Source: Waterburya sp.
GTDB lineage: Bacteria > Cyanobacteriota > Cyanobacteriia > Cyanobacteriales > Xenococcaceae
Assembly: GCA_965217895.1 (NCBI GenBank)
Contig: CBDCJV010000002.1
Span: forward strand, 1,152,001 to 1,216,000
Direction: 5' to 3'
DNA: 64,000 nt
The notes below the pieces were generated by a model that saw nothing but the letters and a program-made list of their open reading frames with translations, was not told where the DNA came from and ran no database searches. Numbering within the stretch: the stretch's first letter is position 1; each line of letters opens with the position of its first letter. Of this stretch, positions 32,219-41,635 are shown in pieces. Both the position numbers and the translations under genes were made by a program.

Positions 32219-33436
32219 TTATTCTGGTTCTACCCAGCGATCGTCAGCCTTGATCAAATTGATCAATTCCGCAACGCCTCGATCTTCAGGTACTTTTTTA
32301 ATTTCTTCTCGACCACGATAGAGAGAAATATATCCTGGTTGCTTGCCCACATATCCATAGTCCGCATCAGCCATTTCCCCTGGACCATTTACAATACAGC
32401 CCATGACGGCGATATCCAACCCTGTAAGGTGTTTGGTTGCCTCACGCACCTTATGTAAGACTTCTTCAAGATTAAATAGAGTACGACCACAAGAAGGACA
32501 GGCTACGTATTCCACCATGGTTTTTCGTAGTCCCAAAGCCTGCAAAATGCTGTAGCAAACGGGTATTTCTTTTTCAGGAGATTCGGTTAAGGAAACGCGA
32601 ATAGTATCACCAATGCCTTGAGCCAAAAGTGTGCCAATTCCCGCAGTAGATTTGATTCTGCCATATTCTCCATCTCCCGCTTCGGTAACTCCTAAGTGTA
32701 AAGGGTATTCCATACCCAATTCATTCATTCTCTGCACCATCAGGCGATATGCTGCAAGCATTACGGGAACACGAGAAGCTTTGAGAGAAAGGACAATATT
32801 ATAAAAATCGAGAGACTCACAAATTTTGATAAACTCTAAGGCTGATTCCACCATGCCTTCAGGAGTATCGCCATAGGTAAACAGCATTCTCTCAGATAAA
32901 GAACCGTGATTAACGCCAATTCGCATTGCCTTACCCTGTTCTCGCAAGGAGATTACCAGGGGTTCTAAAGTTTCACGAATTTTATTGCCAATTTCAGCAA
33001 ATTCTGTGGGTGTATATTCAGTGCGATCGCTTTTTGGCTTTTCAAAGACATATAGCCCTGGATTGATTCGCACTTTATCGACGTGCTTGGCAACTTCTAA
33101 AGCAATTTTCATGCCGTTATGATGCACATCTGCCACCAGAGGCACTGTTTGATATGTCTGAGCTAACTTCTGTTTAATTTGTGCTAGAGCTTTAGCATGA
33201 GCCATACTAGGAACTGTAACTCTTACTATCTCGCAGCCGATTTCATGTAAGCGACGAATTGCTGCTACTGAGCCATCAATGTCTAATGTATCCTCATTAA
33301 TCATCGACTGCACCACTACAGGATTGTTACCGCCGATAGTAATATCGCCGACTTTTACGCCACGAGTTTTTCGTCTGTGGATAGTAGTATCAAAGGCAGG
33401 AGTATTAGTAAGATTAAGATTATCTAGGGTTTGCAT
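32219..33436 (-). CDS. ispG: (E)-4-hydroxy-3-methylbut-2-enyl-diphosphate synthase
   Basis: [44 protein letters not shown]. Confidence 0.96.
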   Translation of the reverse strand: MQTLDNLNLTNTPAFDTTIHRRKTRGVKVGDITIGGNNPVVVQSMINEDTLDIDGSVAAIRRLHEIGCEIVRVTVPSMAHAKALAQIKQKLAQTYQTVPLVADVHHNGMKIALEVAKHVDKVRINPGLYVFEKPKSDRTEYTPTEFAEIGNKIRETLEPLVISLREQGKAMRIGVNHGSLSERMLFTYGDTPEGMVESALEFIKICESLDFYNIVLSLKASRVPVMLAAYRLMVQRMNELGMEYPLHLGVTEAGDGEYGRIKSTAGIGTLLAQGIGDTIRVSLTESPEKEIPVCYSILQALGLRKTMVEYVACPSCGRTLFNLEEVLHKVREATKHLTGLDIAVMGCIVNGPGEMADADYGYVGKQPGYISLYRGREEIKKVPEDRGVAELINLIKADDRWVEPE

Positions 33437-33615
33437 AGTAACTAACTATTGCTCTAAGCAAGAATTTTAGATTTAAATTTATGTTCTATTGTAAAGCTTA
33501 CGAGGGTATCTAAGAAGCCAAAAATCCACTCAAGGGTTTAACTTTATCAAATAATCTTGTATTTAACACTTGAGGTTACACAATACAACGAAAATTCTGA
33601 GCCACATAAACGATA

Positions 33616-33752
33616 CGTATAATGTGAATTAAAAATGCTTAATCTAGTTTTCTATAGGCAGTTGGTCTTTGAAAACCATGTTTATTCCTGGGGGAACTTT
33701 CCCCCAGACCCCCTGCTGGGGACGTAACGACCCTCCCCAGACCCCTTCCGTA
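33616..33752 (+). mobile_element. Left part of a MITE (CGTATAATGTGAATT end; internal CTGGGGG..CCCCCAG hairpins), truncated by IS5
   Basis: Colinear with 63506-63642. Confidence 0.7.
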
Positions 33753-34185
33753 TAGAACCTATTTGGGATCTATCTAACCAGCAGCTAATCTTTTGAGCAT
33801 CAGTCTGACAAAACAAAGGTTAATCTTGGTGGTGGCATTCTCAAGAGTTCTTTCAAAATTCTTGACTAAACTTTTGCACCTTTGCATCCAGGAATTAGTT
33901 CTTTCTATAACCCACCTAGCTTTAACTGGTACAAATCCTGTTTTTCCTTCCTTTTTCTTTTGTGCTTTCGACGGTTTGGGCGAGAGCAAAAATTTGCTCT
34001 TGGTCATGATCTGTTGATACAAAACCCCATCCAAGATTTCTCTTTTGCTCCATGTTGGAGGCTTGGTTCTTTTCTTCTTAGGCAATAGGGGTTCAACAAT
34101 TTCCCCCTCTTTATCGGTCAAACTGCTTGAATAAGGCATTTTGACCTGATTATACCTCTTTTACCAAGATCCCAAATGGCTTCTA
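33753..34185 (-). mobile_element. Internally deleted IS5-family element; truncated transposase ORF 33774-34139
   Basis: TIRs TAGAACCTATTTGGGATCT / TAGAAGCCATTTGGGATCT (17/19), TA on each flank; ORF joins MPYSSSLTD..ILDGVLY directly to RWVIERTNSW..LVKNFER. Confidence 0.85.
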
Positions 34186-34310
34186 TAGGTTCAATGGCAT
34201 TTCTGGTTGGAGTTCCCATAGTTCCTAAAGAACAGGTTGAAAAAATTCTCCAAGCAAACAATCAAGATATAGCAGCAGAGATAATTCAGGCGGTTGACGA
34301 ACAGCTATAG
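34185..34310 (+). pseudogene. Orphan 3' fragment of an unidentified gene, cut at the IS end
   Basis: Open frame IGSMAFLVGVPIVPKEQVEKILQANNQDIAAEIIQAVDEQL* begins at the IS terminus. Confidence 0.4.
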
Positions 34311-34368
34311 GTCTGTTTTTATTTTTGCGCGTTGATAGTTCTAAAAATAACTCAAACACTAGATTTTT

Positions 34369-35723
34369 ATGAATAATATACCGACTGCTGAAGGATCTTT
34401 CAATTTATTTTTAAACCTGTATTCTACTTTTCGTCCTTCAGAATTTGTTGAAAAATATACGAAAAAGTATGGAGATTTCTATAAATTAAAAGTTCCAAAT
34501 AATCCCTCCGTTATTGTAATTATTAATCCTCAAGCAATTGAAGAAATCTTTACCGCTTCTGCCGACACATTTCAATCAGCTAACGCAAACAAAGTCTTTA
34601 GTTTTTTACTGGGGGACAATTCTATACTGCTATTGGATGGCAAAGCACACAAAAATCGGCGACGTTTATTGATGCCTCCGTTTCATGGGGAATCATTACA
34701 ACAATCTAGCAATAAAATAATATCCATAACTAACAAGGTTGGCGATCGCCTAGAAGTTGACAAACCGTTTGAAGTTCGTCCCTTCATGCAGGAAATTACT
34801 TTGCGAGTGATTCTAAACGTAGTTTTTGGGATTGATTCAGGTACAAGATACGAACAATTGCGAAAATTACTAGTTGAGCTATTAGAAATATTTAATAGTC
34901 CTTTAAAGTCGATGTTAATAATTTCTCCCTTATTACAGAAAGACTTGGGTAAATTTAGTCCTTGGGGTCGTTTTTTATCGTTAAAATCAAAAATTAGACA
35001 GCTAATTTATCAAGAAATCAAAGAAAGACGGGCATTATTAGCTACAGGCGAATCACATCAAGATATTCTTAGTTTATTGTTATCAGCAAAAGATGAACAA
35101 GGTAAGGGAATGACGGATGAAGAATTACACGATGAGTTAATCACTCTACTGTTTGCAGGACATGAAACTACTGCTTCTGCCTTAAGTTGGTTTTTTTACT
35201 GGGTTCATTACGTTCCAGAAGTCAAGGAAAAACTAAGCTCAGAATTAAATCTTCTTGAAGATAATTCAGATTATAAAAACATTAACAATTTACCTTATCT
35301 AAATGCTGTAATTTCAGAAACGCTGCGAATTTATCTATTGCCTCTGGTGCTTTTACCCGCATCCCTACTAAGCCAATATCTATTATGGGATACGAACTTG
35401 ACTCAAATGATTACCTATCAATTTCAATCTACGCTGTCCATCATCGAGAAGACTTGTACCCAAATCCCAGGCAATTTAAGCCAGATAGATTTTTACAGAG
35501 AACATATTCACCCTACGAATATATCCCTTTCGGTGGTGGAAATCGTCGTTGTTTGGGATCAGCTTTAGCTCTTTTGGAAATGAAGTTGGTTGCAGCTACG
35601 GTGTTATCCCGTTTTCAATTAGCTTTGACTAGCAAGCGTCCCCTATACCCAGTAAGTCGAGGCATAACTCTCGCTCCTCCCGCTTCTTTTAAAATGCTGG
35701 TAAGAGACAAAATATGTGGATAG
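34369..35723 (+). pseudogene. Cytochrome P450 (CYP110-like), frameshifted
   Basis: FAGHETT and ETLR in one frame; F.PDRF and PFGGGNRRCLG heme motif in another; 1-bp loss near 35335 (TAT CT ATT GCC instead of TAT CCT ATT GCC). Confidence 0.88.
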
Positions 35724-35757
35724 CCGTTTAATATTGAGCTATGGTCAAAGTAACTAG

Positions 35758-36210
35758 TTAAAGATTATTATCCTGCATATTGGTTCCGCTATCTTGATTT
35801 AAAGCGATCGCTTCTTCTTCCGTAATCGGCACAGTTTCTAAGTCGCCAGTAAAAGCCTCTTCTTTATTTATAGGTACTGGTTCAAAGGAAACTTTACTTT
35901 CTAACCAAGCGGTAAGCAAATCAGGAAGATTTTTTTTCAGCCAGCGTAAAGCAATTACACGGGCGACTGGTTTGATATAGCCTACCAGCACCTTCATAAT
36001 TTTATTGAGAGAAGGATTATGCAGTTTATGATTAGCATAATTAATTGCACCAACATCAATCAAACAATCAATAATCAGTTTTAAGGATGTTTCTTCTCTT
36101 TCTACAAGCTGCTGTAATAGTAAAGTTACATCCCGCATTCGTTCCTGCTTTTTTAAGTCCTCGGCAGAAACAGGCTTTACTTTTAAAGATTCTTCTTGAT
36201 AGGTCAACAT
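35758..36210 (-). CDS. Hypothetical protein
   Basis: 150-aa ORF with helical core (LIIDCLIDVGAIN..ALRWLKKNLP..WL). Confidence 0.65.
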   Translation of the reverse strand: MLTYQEESLKVKPVSAEDLKKQERMRDVTLLLQQLVEREETSLKLIIDCLIDVGAINYANHKLHNPSLNKIMKVLVGYIKPVARVIALRWLKKNLPDLLTAWLESKVSFEPVPINKEEAFTGDLETVPITEEEAIALNQDSGTNMQDNNL

Positions 36211-36461
36211 TAAAATTATTAATACATTTCTACCCCTATCTTATGGCTCTTTCTCTTCTGGGACTATAAGCAATGGGACAGAAATTCTAATTTTAAGCAA
36301 AATTCAATTAATTGGCGAAGATGCTTAATGGTATCTTGATATATTTATTAGAAATTTAGCAAAGGGCGATCGCCGTGGCAGATAAAAGCGATCGCTGATA
36401 AGACTGCCAGGATAACCAAAAATTCACAACTGCTTTCTTTCTATATTTTTCTTTAATGCCT

Positions 36462-36501
36462 AATAAATAAGCCCCTGCAAAATAGCAGGGGCTTATTTAT
36501 T
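36462..36501 (-). terminator. Intrinsic terminator downstream of psbC
   Basis: Perfect 17-bp inverted repeat AATAAATAAGCCCCTGC-aaaata-GCAGGGGCTTATTTATT. Confidence 0.85.
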
Positions 36502-36547
36502 GAATAGACTATAGTTAAACTGCTCAGTTTACTAATTCAGTAATTGA

Positions 36548-37933
36548 TTAGTCTAAGTCAGGCATAAATAGTGTAGGTTCAGTTTCACGTTCGATACCTT
36601 TTTCAAAACCACCAGCAGTGGCTCTCGATCTACCTGCGTGCCACCAGTGACCGACGAGGAAGAAGAAAGCCATAACAAACTGGAATGAAGCCAGCCACTG
36701 ACGAATATTTACGAAGTTAAAGGAGTTAGACTCAGTGATAATACCACCAACAGAGTTGATCGAAGCATTAGGAGCATGAGTCATGTACTCAGCAGCACGA
36801 CGCAATTGCCAAGGCTGAATGTCATTTCTAATTTTGTCAAGATCGATACCGTTAGGACCACGCATAGGCTCTAACCAAGGGCCGCGGAAATCCCAAAAAC
36901 GCATTGTTTCTCCACCAAGAATAATTTCACCAGTAGGAGAGCGCATTAGGTATTTACCTAAGCCTGTAGGACCTTGAGATGAACCAATGTTTGCACCCAT
37001 TTGTTGGTCACGAGCTAAGAAAGTAAAGGCTTGTGCCTGAGAAGCTTCGGCATTTGTAGGACCGTAAAACTCACTGGGATAAGCAGTGTTATTAAACCAG
37101 ATATAGCAAGCTGCGATGAAGGACATCATGGATACAGCAGCAAGACTATAGGAAAGATAAGCCTCACCATTCCAAATCAAAGCACGGCGCGCCCAACCAA
37201 AAGGCTTAGTCAAAATATGGAAAATACCGCCAGCAATACAGATCAAGCCAACCCATATATGACCACCGATAATGTCTTCCATGTTGTTAACACCAACAAT
37301 CCAGCCTTCGCCACCAAAAGGAGAAGATGCTAAATAACCAAAGATTGTGGCAGGGTTGAGAGTGGGGTTGGTAATGAAACGAACATCACCACCACCAGGA
37401 GCCCAGGTGTCGTATACACCACCAAAGAACATGGCTTTGAATACCAGTAATAATGCACCCAAACCCAAAAGAATTAGGTGATAACCAATGATATTAGTCA
37501 TTTGGTTTTTGTCTTTCCAGTCTTGACTGAAGAAATTTGAGTATTCTTCTAGTTTCTCTGGACCACGCAGTGCATGATAAATACCGCCCAAACCAAGAAC
37601 AGCGGAAGAGATTAGGTGTAAAACACCAACTACGAAATAGGGGTAAGTATTAATTACTTCACCACCAGGACCTACGCCCCAGCCTAATGTGGCTAGGTGA
37701 GGAATGAGGATCATGCCCTGTTCATACATGGGCTTATCAGGAACATAGTGTGCAACTTCATAGATAGTCATTGCACCAGTCCAGAATACAATTAAGCCAG
37801 CGTGAGCGACGTGCGCGCCCAGTAGCTTGCCAGAAAGATTGATTAAACGAGCATTGCCCGCCCACCAAGCAAAGCCGGTGGAATTAATGTCGCGACCTGC
37901 GCTACTGACAGCAGGATTAGAGAGCGTTACCAC
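36548..37933 (-). CDS. psbC: Photosystem II CP43 protein
   Basis: GTG start overlapping psbD end (VTLSN..), [26 protein letters not shown]. Confidence 0.97.
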   Translation of the reverse strand: MVTLSNPAVSSAGRDINSTGFAWWAGNARLINLSGKLLGAHVAHAGLIVFWTGAMTIYEVAHYVPDKPMYEQGMILIPHLATLGWGVGPGGEVINTYPYFVVGVLHLISSAVLGLGGIYHALRGPEKLEEYSNFFSQDWKDKNQMTNIIGYHLILLGLGALLLVFKAMFFGGVYDTWAPGGGDVRFITNPTLNPATIFGYLASSPFGGEGWIVGVNNMEDIIGGHIWVGLICIAGGIFHILTKPFGWARRALIWNGEAYLSYSLAAVSMMSFIAACYIWFNNTAYPSEFYGPTNAEASQAQAFTFLARDQQMGANIGSSQGPTGLGKYLMRSPTGEIILGGETMRFWDFRGPWLEPMRGPNGIDLDKIRNDIQPWQLRRAAEYMTHAPNASINSVGGIITESNSFNFVNIRQWLASFQFVMAFFFLVGHWWHAGRSRATAGGFEKGIERETEPTLFMPDLD

Positions 37934-38975
37934 GTGGTAGAACCTCCTCTGGGAATTCAAAGTTTTGATGTGGTTGGTCTTGTGATGCCATCCATGCTCT
38001 TAGACCTTCATTGAGCAAGATGTTTTTAGTGTAGAACGTTTCAAACTCAGGATCTTCTGCTGCTCTCAATTCTTGAGATACGAAGTCATAAGCTCTTAGG
38101 TTCAAGGCAATACCGATGATGCCGATACTTGCCATCCATAGTCCTGTTACGGGTACGAATAACATAAAGAAGTGCAGCCAACGTTTGTTGGAAAAAGCAA
38201 TTCCAAATATCTGTGACCAGAAGCGGTTGGCTGTTACCATACTATAGGTTTCTTCTGCTTGGGTCGGCTCAAAGGCTCTAAATGTGTTTGCTTCACCACC
38301 GTCATCAAACAGAGTGTTTTCGACTGTTGCTCCGTGAATCGCACAGAGTAATGCCCCACCTAACACACCAGCTACTCCCATCATATGGAAGGGATTGAGG
38401 GTGAAGTTGTGGAATCCTTGAACAAATAGGATGAAACGGAAGATTCCCGCTACACCTAAGCTAGGTGCAAAGAACCAGCTTGACTGTCCTAAAGGATAGA
38501 GCAAGAATACGGAGACAAATACGGCGATGGGGGCAGAAAAGGCGATCGCATTGTAAGGACGAATCCCTACTAAACGCGAAATCTCAAACTGACGCAGCAT
38601 AAAGCCGATTAGGGCAAATGCTCCATGCAGTGCCACAAATGCCCACAAACCACCGATTTGACACCAGCGGGTAAAGCTCCAGCCTGCTTCTGGCCCCCAA
38701 AGGAACAATAGAGAATGTCCCATGCTGTCTGCGGGGGTGGATGCTGCTACGGTTAGGAAGTTGCATCCTTCTAGGTATGAAGAAGCTAAACCGTGGGTGT
38801 ACCAACTGGTAACGAAGGTGGTGCAGGTTAGCCAGCCACCGATTGCCATGTAGGCACAGGGGAATAGAAGAATCCCCGACCAGCCTACGAATACAAAGCG
38901 ATCGCGTTTTAGCCAGTCATCAACTGCATCAAAGATGCCCTGTTGTGACGGCGCGCGTCCTACTGCTATTGTCAT
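37917..38975 (-). CDS. psbD: Photosystem II D2 protein
   Basis: [35 protein letters not shown]. Confidence 0.98.
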   Translation of the reverse strand: MTIAVGRAPSQQGIFDAVDDWLKRDRFVFVGWSGILLFPCAYMAIGGWLTCTTFVTSWYTHGLASSYLEGCNFLTVAASTPADSMGHSLLFLWGPEAGWSFTRWCQIGGLWAFVALHGAFALIGFMLRQFEISRLVGIRPYNAIAFSAPIAVFVSVFLLYPLGQSSWFFAPSLGVAGIFRFILFVQGFHNFTLNPFHMMGVAGVLGGALLCAIHGATVENTLFDDGGEANTFRAFEPTQAEETYSMVTANRFWSQIFGIAFSNKRWLHFFMLFVPVTGLWMASIGIIGIALNLRAYDFVSQELRAAEDPEFETFYTKNILLNEGLRAWMASQDQPHQNFEFPEEVLPRGNAL

Positions 38976-39553
38976 AATTTTTAAATCCTCTTGCTTGAAT
39001 GAGTAAACTGCAAGATTTGTCAAACTCGCTCGTCAAAATGTACTTTTGTATCATGCCTTTGACACTAGCTTAACAAAATGTTGAGAAGTGCCAAGTTTTA
39101 TAAAACTTTAGCAGATTATCAGCTAACATCTCGTGTTTCGAGATGAGATAATCTTTAAGATGTTATTACAAAAATGCCTTTAAAATTACATTAGGGTAAC
39201 GTTACTAAAATAGCATAAAATCACTGTTTACAGGTAATTGAAGACAATTGCTCAACTTTAAAACTCAATAGTCTTAAACTAGTAATAGCCCTTAAATAAT
39301 TATTAGCAAAAATTTTACAAAATGACACATAGACCTCTGAATAAAATCAAGGTCTTAAACTTTGATTTTGCTTTTTTTCTTTATTTTTGAGTGCGTTGCA
39401 TAGTTGCGGGATAATCGAGCATCATTGGCGGTCAATCATTTCTCAATTCTCCGTGTCAACCTAAATCATCCGATGAAGATGCAACACCCTTTAAAGGTCA
39501 TAGCTCAAATTTTATTCAGCTTCAAGATACTAATCAAACTATAACGATTAATA

Positions 39554-40114
39554 ATGACCACTAATAAAACCAAAAAACAAATACTTAGACAAGACATTTT
39601 AGGCTCTCGTAGGTTTAGCAACTTCTTATGGGCAAGTATAGTATCTATGGGTGGAGTCGGCTTTCTGTTAGCAGGATTGTCTAGCTATCTCAAAACTAAT
39701 TTGCTAATCGTCTCTGATACTAGTGAATTACAGTTTATTCCTCAAGGAATTGCGCTAACTTTCTATGGAGTTGCTGGTTTGCTTTTGGCTACCTATTTAT
39801 GGCTACTTCTAGTTTGGAATGTAGGTGGAGGCTACAACGAATTTAGCAAAGAAACAGAAAAGATAATAATTTCCCGTTGGGGATATCCAGGCAAAAATCG
39901 CCAAGTTGAGGTAGAAATACCTATTGTTGAGGTTCAGTCCATCCGAGCCGAAATTAGAGAAGGTTTAAGCCCCAAACGAGCCTTATATTTGCGTTCTAAA
40001 AAAAGACGAGATGTTCCTCTGACTCGTGTTGGAGAACCCATCGCTTTATCTACTTTGGAAAACCAGGGCGCAGAGTTGGCAAGATTTTTAGAAGTTCCTT
40101 TAGAAGGATTGTAA
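39554..40114 (+). CDS. ycf4: Photosystem I assembly protein Ycf4
   Basis: GSRRFSN, F.PQGI, WNVGGGYNEF, RWGYPGKNR, LARFLEVPLEG. Confidence 0.95.
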   Translation: MTTNKTKKQILRQDILGSRRFSNFLWASIVSMGGVGFLLAGLSSYLKTNLLIVSDTSELQFIPQGIALTFYGVAGLLLATYLWLLLVWNVGGGYNEFSKETEKIIISRWGYPGKNRQVEVEIPIVEVQSIRAEIREGLSPKRALYLRSKKRRDVPLTRVGEPIALSTLENQGAELARFLEVPLEGL

Positions 40115-40300
40115 AAATGATAAACTGGGGAAACCCCAGCATCCCTCACCGTCAATTACAATTTCGACTAAACGACGAGTTTTGACTAATGATTTAACCC
40201 AATGGCGATCGCGAACATCCTTCATATTTAGAACGTTTTGCTGTTCGAGTTGTTAGAAAATACTCATTACCTCAGATGGGATTTTCATTTTCAAATTTAT

Positions 40301-41525
40301 AGGACTTACGCAGTTTAACGAGTTTTGCCCCCCTAGCCCCCCAAGTTTGGTAGGGCTGTTTCATTCTCAAAATAGAAGATGCGATCGCGAATAAATCTAT
40401 TCACTACACCTATCAGTGACACAAAGAAAGTAATAATGGCAAATTATGGCTTAAATAACTGATTGCCTCAGTCATAGAATCAAAACCATGAACTCTCAGT
40501 AGGTTAATAACCCAACTTTTAATCAAAGAGATGTTTGTGGATGCTTTGCCGTGAAGTTGAGGGCTGTTATCTTCTTTCGTTACGACATCCTTAAACGGCA
40601 CTCAATACGGCGACGCAGGTTCGCCGTCCGTACCTCCCCAATGCCAACGATTCTCGATACCCCAATGTCGGCCAATACCTTGGGGAATAAGCCAAGAAGT
40701 TGCTGTTCACAAGTAGCAGATAACAAGTAGCGCAGCCTGGAGGCTGCCGACGTTGCTCCGCAACGGCCAGACGCGAAGCGCGTCTGCAAGTTCAACCTCT
40801 GCCACAGCAAGCAAAGCTTGCAAAGTCGTCGAAGACGACGACATGGAGCGATAGCTCCTGTGTCAGACAAAGGGCTTGCCCGCATGTATTCAAGAGTTGA
40901 ATTATTTTTTCATCTTTTCCTCATCAATGAAGAGGCTGCATATCCAACTTCGGAGTTTTTCTTAATTGCTATCTGCTATTTGCACACGCTGGAGCGTGTC
41001 GCCATCGCGAAGCGATGTCGGCGTTCTCCAGAACGCGCTACTTGCTACTTAACTCCGAAGGAGTTGGGTAAAGAACTAATATAATAAGTCGCCGAATCCG
41101 ATTCGTAATCGTGATTACCTCTTGTTCGCGAACGGAAAATTTTGATGATACTATGAACTCCAACCCATTGAGAATCAATGTTTGATGGAGGAGCCAATAC
41201 TTCTACAGTTCGATGAGTTAGTCGATTTCTCGTCTTCTCGATCTGCTCAAAGCAACTAATCGCCTTTGTACTTGTTGCTTGAAATTCAACAGCGGAGTGG
41301 AATAAGCGCGGGAAACCCACGCATTTCCTCCGCTCAATTTGTCGATGTAATGTTTTTTGATTTCTTTTGACCACAATTAGGTAGTTATTACCACTGTCGA
41401 TAATTGCTGAGACTGTTTGCTTGGTGCGCGTACATGCGGAAGCGCGCCTTTGTCTTGCGCCTGTCAGCATTCCCTTGCGTCTTACGCCGACGCGGGGTCG
41501 CTCGTCTTGGGGGATTTAGGGGGCT
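40301..41525. mobile_element. Nested mobile-element remnant: AGGACTTACGCA-MITE interrupted by a degraded ISAs1 carrying further small insertions
   Basis: 40301-40350 nearly identical to 6217-6266; TAGGGCTGTTTCATT end at 40351; MITE-like tail GGGGATTTAGGGGGC near 41510. Confidence 0.75.
40413..41430 (-). pseudogene. ISAs1-family transposase fragments
   Basis: TVSAIIDSGNNYLIVVKRNQKTLH, EKTRNR..HR, YYISSL, KDVVTKED..NISLIKSWVINLLR. Confidence 0.8.
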
Positions 41526-41635
41526 TTTGTATAGCAAATTTGACTTCTCAGACGACCTCTAAAAGCTAAAAGCTAATAGCTGATAGCTAAAAACCCTTTG
41601 ATTAAGAGTTTTCGCCATAAAACAACAAAGAGTGT

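Noticed and set aside
35325..35345. Programmed ribosomal frameshift in the P450
   Set aside because: No slippery heptamer or stimulatory structure evident; a simple 1-bp deletion explains it
36548..39023. FaRLiP (far-red) gene cluster
   Set aside because: No psbA, psbB, apc or rfp genes adjacent; the ycf4-divergent context is that of the standard psbDC operon
40580..41084. ORFs 40580-40885 and 40818-41084
   Set aside because: Chance frames through a GC-rich repeat mosaic
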